Under the pieces are notes generated by a model. It made no database searches. It worked only from the letters and a program-made list of their open reading frames with translations, and was not told the DNA's origin. Positions 1-12,127 of a DNA stretch of 64,000 nucleotides are shown piece by piece; position 1 is the first letter of the stretch, and every line of letters begins with the position of its first letter. The stretch comes from Magallana gigas (taxonomy: Eukaryota): contig NC_088855.1 in the NCBI RefSeq assembly GCF_963853765.1, forward strand, positions 48,732,001 to 48,796,000, written 5' to 3'. Made by a program: the position numbers and the translations under genes.

Positions 1-1032
1 GATTTAGGGAGAAAAAATATTTTACGATTTTTTCGGAAGCGTCTTGACCCCTTTTGTAGTCGTAATTTAGTTCACTTTTTAAAGATCCTACTTGAGTTTT
101 CATGCATGTTGAGAAGTTTCATCAGAGTATGTTCACCTCTGTAACATTTCTGATAATTGCGCAGTGACATCATCAGATTTTTATTCCAACGGCAAAGGTA
201 ATTAAAAATTGTTAGTTCACACAAACTTGCAACATTTGTAGCCTAAATATTTTGGTGATTTATCATTAGGCAGATAAGCATGATAAGAAGATTGAAATTC
301 AATGTTAACCGTTTGGATTTGGATTTTGAGATGATAATTTTAAGAAAAGGGTTACTGAAAATTTCTATAGGTATTTATTTTTATTATGATTGCAATAATT
401 TTTTAGCAAATTAACTCTCGTAGAAAAGATGTTCAAAAGGTGGTGATCATTTCTAAACAGTCAACACTGACAATAGGCCTAATCAAGTCAGATGATAAAG
501 GTCAATTCACTTTTTAAAAAAAAATTATTTCTATTCTAATTGTAAAAATTTTTTTTTGCAAAGTAACCTTCATTGAATATATGTTCAAAAGGTCTTGATC
601 ATTTCTAAACACTACCACGATCAGGACAATGAAGGTCTTTTAACCCTGTTAACTTTTTACAATTGAAATAAAAATGAAATGATTTTCTTTATCTCAAGAA
701 AAACTATAAACAAAGCTAAGTCTGGTTAAAAGCTTGCTACTTAATGTATTTCAGAGAATGAAATGATTAGATGGATTAAACACATCTGTATAAAATGTAC
801 AGTATGATACTGTAATAAATCAAGGGTTACATGTGACATCTTTTACTATTCTAGAGGAAACTGACCCTATGATGAATCTTGACATACTAACTTCTATAAT
901 GCTGTCTATGCAGATTTCAAATTTGGAAGTGCGTTCGAATTCAAAAATACATCTGTATGTGATTTTATGAAAGAAATGGGTTTTTTTTTGTTTCAGAGAT
1001 GGAATTTGGCTGAGAATCATTGCAAATTCACA

Positions 1033-4000
1033 ATGTTGCTACCAAAACTGTTCAGTCGGTTTTCCTCTTATATGCTGAACACCACAAGAAAACAGAGAAA
1101 CACATCTGTTCTGTTAACTCAGTGTTTATACAAATATGGTTCATTTACAACAGTGAATTCATTCAGCAGTCAAGTTACTGCAGCCGGAAAAAGAAATGTA
1201 TACATATTCTCCCAAAGAACATTTCATGATTCCTCAAAAGTTTTAAAATTATTAGGAACCACACGGCCCTTAAATCCGCCTGGTAAAGTCAGGAGAAATA
1301 GAAGAAGGTCTGGCTCACAGGTACGATCCTTGTTATAGACTTGTACCTAAAGCCAAAAAGTCCATTGGCTGGATACTAATTTTATTAACTATAGACCTTC
1401 CTAAAGACTCAATTTTGTTTATCTTATACATACTCCTATATATAATATCTTATATCTTTTATTTATATTGGACAATTTTATATATATAGAGTGGGGTCAA
1501 ACTGCAAGTAACAGCATATCAAACATCAAAGGAGGACTTTGATTTTGACCTGTTGGAGCGGAATTTGGAAAGTCAGAATCTTTATAAGGTTTCTGACATC
1601 CCACCAGGTTATTTTCTTGTGTTTTTTTTTCATTCATATTTTATTGTTTTTTCTTAATTTTTTTTTATTGTTTTCCATTCCTATATTACAATCATTCCAC
1701 TAATGTCTTTGATACTGTAACTATCTTTCTTTGTTTGGACAGATATGGAGGATGTTTTACATTGCACACCAATTTATCCTGTAGAGGAGCATCAGAAAGA
1801 AATATTTTTCACTAAGTAATGAATGAAATTTTACAAAGTGAAAAAAGAATCCATCTAATGTTGTCTAACACTAATTGTGAAATTAAAAGTGCATGTATAA
1901 TATAATTATAAGAGTAAGTTGTTTACCTAAAATGTTAACTTTATAAACATTACAAGTACATTGTTAAAATTCATTTATTGGTCTTTTTCTACTTTTTACT
2001 TTAACACATTATAACAATTTAATTTTTGAATTCATTTTTTTTTTAATCGCAGCATTATTTATAATTTCAGACAGGGATCAGTTGTTTTCTGGGATGTCCC
2101 TGAAAGAGAGGTATTTCTTATGGTCGTCTCTTTGCTTTTTATTTTCAAAAATGATTATTAAACATTTCTAAACTGCTAAGATGTAATGTCTTTAAAACTT
2201 ATCACAAGATTTTTTTTTTTTTTTACTATTACATTTACACCTGATAATTTTCAGTTAAATACAATAACTAACTTTCATCCAACAGAGACATGAGGTGTTA
2301 CAGTTCTTGAAAAATTTGGATCCTGAGAATGCGTTTGATGATAAATTCATTGAAGACGAATCTGAAAGCATGATGGTAACATTAAGGTAGATTTCATGCA
2401 TTGTTGGTCTTAGTCTGCATCTCTGTATTTTTCACTCTAATGAAACATGTAAAGGATTTTCATAAATTTTGAAATGATCCACATTTTCTCAAGCATCTTC
2501 GCTAGCCAAGGGTGACGATCCACTCTGCTAGCAGAGTGGATCGTCACCCTTGGCTAGCGAAGATGTTTCTCAAGGTACTGCACAGGGGCTCGCAAGTGAT
2601 TTTTTGGAAGTACCAGTATCTATGTTCAAGTAATTTAATTGGGCCTTTATTATAAAATCAGATGGGGTCCTTAAAGGGGAATGATTACAAATTAGATATT
2701 TTAATGTTCACAATGATAACCTAACTAACGAATGCCATATTTTAAACAAATCAAAGGAGTGACAAACACTAGAAACTGTTCAATGGTTCAATTTTCGAAT
2801 AAACCAGCAAATTTTCAGATGCACCTAAAAGATATCCACTTGCATAAGCTAAGGGTGAATCCTTTATCAATAATAACAGCAATGATTCCCTTTTTTCAGT
2901 GATAAGGAAACATGTATCCTGGACAGCAATACCATAAACATGAACAAAGAGGTTTACTGTCAGCAGCAGGGACAGCTGGAGAAGTATGCTTGCTCCAATG
3001 CCCTGATGCAATCTTGTAAGTTTTTTACATAAAATTGGCATCATATGTATTGTATCTATGGGCCTAGTATTAATTAGAACTGAAATACATACACGTTGTA
3101 ATGCCTATATTTTTAAGGATTGGGAGGGATGTCGTTATGTCTAGGAAAGATTTTTATGTCTCCCAAACGAAGTTTGGAGACTTATTGTTTTTTTTTTAAT
3201 TATTTAGGCCTAAAATTTGAAAATATAATATGATGTGATGTCATTATTTTATTTTTAAAAGGGGGAATAACTCATCATAATTTTGACTTGCAATTGATAA
3301 TTTCAAGTTATTCTCCTTGTCATTATTGCAATAAAACTACGTAAAAGCAGAGCGATAAACCTGAAGCAACAATGTCAGACTAATTCAATATATATTTTGT
3401 TGTCCTATTTACAAAGCAATACAGTTTGATATAAACCCAATGCAATACATTTTATTGCTTAATTTTAAGAAGTTTTTTTAATTGGTTTTATGATGCCTGC
3501 AAAAGAAAATAAAAAGCATTAGTTTGAAGGTCATAAAGCACGAAAGATTATATTGAGGGAAATAACAAGGTTTTCAGAATTTTTTTAACTTTCACTGTTA
3601 GAAATCAGCATTGCTGTGAAAGTCTAAACATACATTTGTACACTGTACATTTACTTTTATTGATTTTGACCCCGTAAACCAACTTTTATTCGCTATTTTT
3701 GCAAGGTTCGCGTTTTAACAACCATATAACAACGACTGGAACAACGCAAATATTTCTCGCCATGTTCCAGTCGTTGTTTTATGGTTGTTATAACATGATG
3801 GGTCTAGACAAGGTTTGGTTGCAAACATTAGTCATCGCAAACCAGTTTATCGGAAGTAAATCGCAAAACAAAGTCATTGCAAATAAAAGTTGGTTTACAG
3901 TAATTTATAAGTAGCAAGAATTTGTCATACATGTATTTATGTCTTTTATTGGAACATATACTAGTACTGAATGAATTCTGATTTGCTTTTAGTACACTTA

Positions 4001-6340
4001 TCAGCAATGGAAAAACTGTTGGAGGATTTTATTGATGACACAGAACATCTCTCAATGGTCAGTACCAGGGTATAATATCTGAATCAAATATGTCTAAATA
4101 TTTTTATTACTTTATTTATATTACAGCAATTCTTTACATGTATTATTGAACCCTCCAGTCAGCCTATACTGCCTATAGTGATTAGTTAGTCTGTTCGATT
4201 CATCCTTCTATACATCTTACTTCTTTTGTCCATAGCATATTTTCTCTCTCCTTTGCCAAATGTGGCTCACACTTCACCCATGGAGTGCTGTTTGAAAACA
4301 AATACATGCTGTTTGAAAACAAATACAAGTTCCCAAGTCAAAATTCAAGGTCAAAGCAGACCTACTTATTAAATTCTTATCTTTACCAAATAATTTTTCT
4401 TTCAATGGCCCAGTCTTGTTCAAACTCTGCTTCTGCACTGACCTTGAATTAAGTTTATAGATCTTAGGTCAAGGTCATATTATACTTTGTGGAAAATCCT
4501 TGAGTAGATCACTCTTCTTGGCCAAAAATTTCTTGTAAGGGACGTGAAGTGATCTTAAATCAAATTTCTAGATCAAATATTATAGTCATAGCTGATCTCT
4601 AGGTAAAATTTATTTTAATTTACTTTTCACCTGCCTAATAATTCACTGCTCAATTGCTTGTTGGATAAAGGAAGTGTTATGATTTTAAACTTACTGATAA
4701 TTTCTAGGTCAAAGGTTAATGTTAAAGTAAAGTCATTTCAAATGCTTCTTGTCCTCATGCTCTATATTAAAGCAGGCCCTTTAAGATGGTTTTACCTAGC
4801 TGATTCTAGTACATGTACTCTAAAAATATTTCTTTTTTTGATTACTATATTAAGGACTTGAAAGCTGGTAGACGGATTCGGATCAGACACAGAGAAGTTC
4901 AGCAACATCTTGGCAAATTATTTGAATTCAGGTACTTGTGTACAATTCTTAAACATAATTGCCTGTAAATATACCCGGTACTTGAAACATCTTCTGATAT
5001 TTTTCAAAAAAGTGATCATAATCTATAACTTTATTTCTCCCAAAGCTGATTGGTTATTTAAAGAGTATCAAGTATTTGTATAATTACCTGAATCTGTTTC
5101 ACTTTTGCTACTTTTACAGGAAAAATTTGAATTTGTGCTCTGACCTGCTGGATACCCCTGATTTTTACTGGGATCGGGATGATTTAGAAAAACTGTACCT
5201 GGAAATTTGTAGATTAATGCAGACCAAATACAGGACCAAGGTAGGAGATTGATTTTTATATACATGTAGTTAATCCACCTTGATATAGGAGAATGAATTG
5301 GGTTTTTTACAGCACTTTATGTGAAAATTAAGGAAGGAAGGAATGTACAGGTTCACAAATAATATTTTTTAAAAATCTGTTTTCATGGAATATTTATTAA
5401 ACAGTAATTTTTTTTACCATCGGACACAGAAATTATGACAATTTTTCCATATACCAGTAAATTCACTATTATTAAGTAGAGTGTTTATTATTCAAATCAG
5501 GAATACATCTTATCAATGACTTGACCATTTCTTAAGCAGGAAAGAGACTAAATTAGAGATCAGTTTATGAAACTGTTTTTTAGGACCAGCAAGGGAACTG
5601 GAAACACTTTATTCTATCTTAACCTTATAAAGATATGATTCCTTTTTCAGACGTTGCATTTTATCATAAAGAAATTATTTGGATGCAGTATAATTGCTTA
5701 ATGCCATTGAAGTTTTCATGTTGCAGAATATTTACTCTATTAAGTTTTGTAATACATGTAGGTTTAAGTCTTTATTTTCTATCCCTGTATCACCAGGTAA
5801 TGAACGAGAAGCTGAACTACTGCATTGAGCTGATGGAGCTGCTGAATAACAAGTTCACTGATGCCAGACACACCAAGCTGGAGTGGATGATCATTGTGCT
5901 CATCATGATAGAGGTAAACCCTTACTCATGGTGACCTTGAAGTTTAAGGTCAAGGTAAAATGACCTGCAAAGTTCAAGGTTCATCAACTTTTTAAGGTGG
6001 AGGCAATTTTTATGAACTATATTTCCATAAATTTACGTATTATTAATACAAGAAATTGTAAAGAGTAGCTTGAAATTATACGTTTTGGAGAAACTCAAGG
6101 TCAGACATTTTGATAAATGATTCAATATAAACTTTTGTGATTGAATTCTTACTTATAAAATCGGTAATTTGAATAGATGAAGTTAATGTACTTTAAAGCC
6201 TTGCTGTTATTTAACCATCGGAAGCATTCACACAACAAATTACTGTTTTGTAGGTGGTTTTTGAAGTGGTGCACTTGTATAGGAATGACTATGACTGGTT
6301 TGTTGGGATTATGAATTCCAAGAAGACTGCTGACAAATGA
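1033..6340 (+). CDS. RMND1: Required for meiotic nuclear division protein 1 homolog (mitochondrial, DUF155 family), 11 coding exons
   Basis: Exons 1033-1320, 1490-1607, 1743-1815, 2071-2110, 2286-2386, 2900-3015, 3993-4057, 4855-4931, 5120-5240, 5797-5913, 6254-6340 join in frame with GT/AG sites. N-terminus is basic and mitochondrial-presequence-like. Motifs QGSVVFWDV, EKYACSNAL, DLLDTPDFYWDRDDLEKLY and VMNEKLNYCIEL...LEWMIIVLIMIEV match RMND1 as recalled. AATAAA near 6477. Confidence 0.93.
2494..2565. mobile_element. 72-bp perfect palindromic micro-MITE with 9-bp target site duplication
   Basis: catcttcgctagccaagggtgacgatccactctgct followed directly by its exact reverse complement; tttctcaag on both sides (2485-2493 and 2566-2574). 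Confidence 0.85.
3149..3320 (+). mobile_element. Truncated HINE/Helentron-like fragment
   Basis: Poly-T start followed by the hairpin ccaaacgaagtttgg (3163-3177), like the 5' palindromes of the other elements here; 3' boundary uncertain. Confidence 0.4.
3672..3900. mobile_element. Tc1/mariner-type MITE
   Basis: Terminal inverted repeats ccgtaaaccaacttttattcgc / gcaaataaaagttggtttacag, followed by TA on the right. Confidence 0.7.
4143..4812 (+). mobile_element. Degenerate HINE-like element in RMND1 intron
   Basis: Begins ttattgaaccctccagtc with a degenerate gtct/gttc tract, has recurring aaggtca/tgacctt motifs and ends ...gctgattctagt; boundaries approximate. Confidence 0.35.
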
Positions 6341-8148
6341 GTTGTGGACTGGTGATATTACTGGATGAGATGACAGTGACTGTACACACAGCATTTAAGT
6401 GATTGTGTACAGAAAGCTGCCATATATTCTTGTCTTATACAAATCGGTGTGTGATATTGATTTAAAGAGAGTTTTTAATAAAACTTTTGAAGTGTTGTAT
6501 TAAGCCTCTTGAACATGTACATCTGCTCCAAATTTTTATCACTTTACCTAGAGCTAATGTGTTTTATCAATCTCCTTTCTAAAAAAAAATTACCCTTTTG
6601 TCAACAAAATCCCAATGTGTTGCTAAGGTAACCACTTTTAGAGTCATTGTGGTCATCAAATCTCATTAATTTTCATAATATGGATTGAATTTGATGCATT
6701 TTTTATACTAAATAGTTTAATGGATTTTAAGCATGTGTTTGAAAACAACAGGCAAGCACATATTATTGACTTATGTTGGTTGTTGAGATCCCTGCAAGAA
6801 CAAGAAAGAGATACCCTCTAACTTAAAAAGAAGAGGTTCATGGGCCTTATAGCTCACCTGAGAAATAGTACCCATCTCTGACCCTTGTAGCAACTAGCTG
6901 GACATTTCAAATGCAGCACCACTGATAAAATTCAGACTTCATAGTGTACTCTTTTTTGTACCTTTTCTGAGTCCTAATTGAAAATATCATAAGATTCTTC
7001 ACCCAGTATTATGTGGTACACAGTGATATCCCTCTTGAAAGAGATCTCCATTTTTTTTTCTTATTTTTCTTATCAAGGTTTTTTAATTCAAGGTTATAAA
7101 AATTACATGTACAGGTATTTGTTTTAACTAAAATCCCACTCTTTGGATATGAATCTCTTTGTATTGACCACAAGAAGCATGATGTACATGTACTTCCTGA
7201 ATCAAATTACATGTACATAAAGCATGTGAATTATAAAATAAATGTACTGATACATAGAATATATGTGAGAGGATTTCAGAAACACCAAAATATTTCATTT
7301 GCAATTTTATTGCTAATATATATTGCATTTCAAACATTTCCAAACACTTCAGTACATTAATACATGCAAGTGAAATCGTTGAAAAAATAAAAAATATTGT
7401 AATCTTACAATGATATCTTTCATCCCTGCACAAAAATTGATATCTCAATGTTGCATGATAAAATAAAACTTGATACATAATGATGCATTTTTAGTAAGTG
7501 AAATTTAGTATATGTGTTTAGTAATTATGGTTAAATTCATTTAAAGCACTTCTTGGCAGTGATTCTCAGCAATACCTGAGCAACTGGAATTTTTGTGTAA
7601 TTTCACAACATAAAAATTTATAATGAATGTCACAAAAGAAATGAAAATTTAAGAATGAACAATTCAATGAAATGATAATCAAAATCCTCTCATAATCTGT
7701 GCCCGGTACATGTATATACAGTATGAATACAATACTAGCCCGGAAACACCTGTGTACTGTATGCACATCTGAAAATGTTTAAAATTTACAAATGTTTGAT
7801 GTGTGATTACTAGGGTAATGAAGGTTCATTTGTAATGATACAAGTCATGATTAGTCCTCTGACAACAACAATGATAACAGTAATGGTTCGAGACTGTTGA
7901 TGCGAACAACTAGAAAATGTTTGATAATTAAAAAAGTGTATCCCACCACATTGCACCACATATCTGTCTGCCATATCAGGACACCACAGATCCTTTAGGT
8001 AGATTTTAAAGGTGACCATTTATTCATCAGATAACTAATCTGCACGATCTTATATTCACCTCACTACAATGTAAAACTATACATTCATTCATCAACCGAC
8101 ACTTCCTATCCAATGTATGTTACAACAAATCTCAACATTTGACCTTGG

Positions 8149-11100
8149 TTAATCGGTATCCATGATATCAATATCCATAATGTCTTCTGAAGGTATCCTT
8201 GGTCTGTAAAGAAAATATAACAAGTATAAAAGAGTGTAACAAAGAAAAGAGTTCCTATCAATAACAATACAATTTATACAATATATAACATAATAAGTAT
8301 GCTTGGTTAATTGTATCATTTAAAAAAAGTTTCTTTGAATAATTTCTTTCTCCTTGAAAAGTCTGAAAAACTAAGTACCAATACATGTAATATTAATTTC
8401 TGGTATTTTCAATGTTAGCGGTTTTTGTCAAGAATAACAGTGATAGTACTGTCATTGGTTGTAATTAAGTGGTATGATATGGTAGAATTGGTACACGTAA
8501 TACAATGTCAATATTGTTCCGACAATGGTTGTAATTCAGTGGTATAATATGGTAGAATTGGTACAAGTAATACAATGTCAATATTGTTCCGACAATGGTT
8601 GTAATTCAGTGGTATGATATGGTAGAATTGGTACACGTAATACAATGTCAATATTGTTCCGACAATGGTTGTAATTCATTGGTATAATATGGTAGAATTG
8701 GTACACGTTATACAATGTCAATATTGTTCCAACAATGGTTGTAATTCAGTGGTATAATATGGTAGAATTGGTACACGTAATACAATGTCAATATTGTTCC
8801 GACAATGGTTGTAATTCAGTGGTATAATATGGTAGAATTGGTACACGTAATACAGTGTCAATATTGTACCGACAATGGTTGTAATTCAGTGGTATAATAT
8901 GGTAGAATTGGTACATGTAATACAATGTCAATATTGTTCCAACAATGGTTGTGCCAATTATGATTATGAAAGTATAATGACAATGTAGTGGAAATACACA
9001 TATACTGACAATGGTAGTACTTTATTGACAAAGGTATTAGTACTGACAACACTTATGCATGGTCTTAGTACAATGGTAATACTGTGCTGAAAAGAATAGT
9101 TTGAAATTTTGGCACTGGTTTTGGTATTGTACTGATAATGGCAGTGCTACACTGACACATTGGCTCTACACGTACCAGTAAATCAGATCCAGACAGTGTG
9201 CTGGTATAAAGGCTAATGGTGGTTAGCAAAGACCATGAATACTAACACACTTATTTTAAGTGCATTCTCTGGTACTAGGCAATGGTAGTTATAGTATTGA
9301 TAAAAGTAGTGATAGTAAGTGTACTTACAATGGTAGTGATGAGGACAAGTTGTTGTCCTCCGCTAACATTTCTATAACAGGTGCTGTGTCCTCTTCCTCT
9401 TTGTCTGAGGAGTTTTCCTGGTCTTTTAACTCCTCACTCTCAGAGTCTGCAGGTCTACCTAAGGGGGGCTTCCACACAACCACTTGCAAATTTGGTTTGT
9501 TTCTGTTTAAAAACAATACATAGAGGCATGACTTAAATAAAGAACTTATAAAAATGAGATTGTTAGTGACCTCATTTAAATTTTAATGGGCAATGAAGTA
9601 TTAGAACAAAACGCTCATCTGAAACATTAGGAATTGTTTTAAATTCAGTTCAGTACCAACTCTTTACCAATAAATTTTTGGTAAGTTATAATTTTCTTAG
9701 CTTCACAGAATCAACTTGTTAAATACTTGTTATCCCATAGTTCATCATGGTTATTGATATAAAAGTTTACAGTGAATACAATTCCGACAGTTGCCAGGGA
9801 GTTTGCTACAGCAATGAATAGGTTACCCAGTTTGCACAAAATGAGTTTTAATACTTGTATGATTTAGCAATAAGATTTTCAGATACGTTTGTATTTAATT
9901 CACACTACATCAAACAACAACTAAAGCATCCTTACATATCCTCTAAAATTTTTTGTGGCAAAATTGGTTGTGGGTCAAATAGGCCTGCCGTGACCTGATC
10001 AGGTAGGTTTAGTTTTATCCTCAGCCTTGGCTTCCCTTTTTCTTTTCCAGACTTCTCCCTGTCCATGCTCTCGGATACATCTTCTTCCAGTCTTAAACAG
10101 AAAGTGTCAAAACATGAAAATGGTTTTTGATATCTCAAAACTGATTAATAATATATGTAGGTGTTCTGTTCCTTAGAAATTACTATAATACGCACTCGTG
10201 TATAATACGCACCCCCCAAAGTTGACCAAAAAAATGGCGAAAAAACAGCAGGTCCTATTTATAACATGCACCCAAAAAATGGCAAAATCAATGGCTGCCA
10301 TTTCCCCCAAAACTCAATGTTTTATGATAATTTTATAATCCATGCGCAATTTCTTTAATTTTGTGATCGGAACATAGCAAAGACGATAAAAACCGACGAC
10401 CTCCATTTTCCCATATAACTATCGATGTTTAATGATCATTTTATAACCCAAGTGTAAATACTGTAATTTCGTGATCAGAACATGGCCCAAGCGATATTAG
10501 AGTCAAAGTTCTTACAATTTTACTTAAAAAGGACGGCATGATTCACATGGGCGGTATCAAATATCATTTGACACTTCATAAAGAGTTTCTTATACAACAG
10601 CGAGAAGTTGATGATCATCATACGTAGAGAAGAACGACAACCGAGCTTAGTGCTTAAAATAATAATGTTTGCAGATATAAACCAAAACGACATCAAAAGA
10701 AATGATTAAATTGATTAATTATAATCAAACCCTTTGATTGGTTGTTAAATAAACATTGTGAAGAAATGTATGTATGTCGTATATCATCATTATCAAGTCA
10801 TACAAATGATCGCTGTAATTTTAGCAGTGTCTATGTAAAGCAATTATAATTAACTTGACATGAAGTAATCAAGTTTAATAATATCAGAATAATTGCTTAT
10901 CTACATGCACTTGAAAACACCCTGTTAAGTCAGACACCAGACAATTGAATGATTCTGATAACAAACATTGACCACGCGCAGAGTCAACAGGTGGCTGCTT
11001 ACGTAATTGCGAATTCACTGGCGATATTTAAACTTGTTTGATGCAAGAAATAGTGTTAAGAGAGGACAAATATTTCAATACATGGAAAAAAAAACTAAGA

Positions 11101-12094
11101 ATAAGGTATTTCTGATGCAGTAAATTTAGTATACACTCATACAACTTGAATAACATATGATATGGGCATTCACTACTCCGTGGTATCAAGAATCATGGCT
11201 TGAGAAAATGGGGTAAAATTTTTGTCCTATGTACAACATGCACCCCCACTTTTGATCAAATTTTGACTGAAAAAAAGTGTGTGTTATACACGCGACATTA
11301 CGGGAAGTAAATGACAGAAATACATTAAGATAACTTTCTAATCAACAATACTGACCTCTTTTCGAGTTCTTTCAGACGCTGGAGATCCCCTGCTTCCTGA
11401 CAATACTGTGGCTCCATGTTGCTGGACAACACAACATCAGGCAGAGGTTGTCCAAGGGCTGCAGAGGAGTTCATCGGGCTTATATTCAAATTTTGCATCC
11501 TAGCTGCCATTTTTTCTTCTGTCAGAAAAATTTTGTTTTCTGGTGCAATTGGTCTACAATTAAATTAACAATCAATATTATTTTTTAATATTAGCACATA
11601 TAAAGTTCACATTATCTATAAGATAGTTTTAGTTCCAAAATCCGAAGATGAATACTGATAAACAAATCGATGAGTGAGAAAAATTTTGCCAGTATGGCGA
11701 GAGCCTCATTGCCTCAAATATTGTCTCACCCAATTGTTTAATATTACATGTAGGCTTAGATGCTAAAATTAGTCGCTGCTTCCTAGTTTATCAATGGTTA
11801 AATACAAATTCAATTTTTTGCAAATACAAGTTTCTTTACAGTATTTCCTTCACACTTAAAGGACATAGAAAATATTTAATAGTAAAATAATCAACCATTG
11901 AATAAGTCTTATAGCCTTGCAATTTTTATACACAACAGGTTAAGACCTGTATAAAAAACTGACCGAGAACATTAATACCTAAATTCTTGATTCATTATCT
12001 ATGCTGATGTAGTGGATTTAGGCATTCATCCACATAAAAATCATTTTTTGTTAGCAAAGGGTGACTATCCCCTCTCTTTCCTTTTGAAAAATAG

Positions 12095-12127
<33 letters not shown>

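Noticed and set aside
6832-6865. Intact HINE near the RMND1 3' end
   Set aside because: Only a ~35-bp terminus-like remnant (aagaggttcatgggccttatagctcacctgag) is present, with no matching other end.
8454-8952. Regular repeat array as a CRISPR locus
   Set aside because: Units are contiguous with no unique spacers, there are no cas genes, and the context is a eukaryotic intron.
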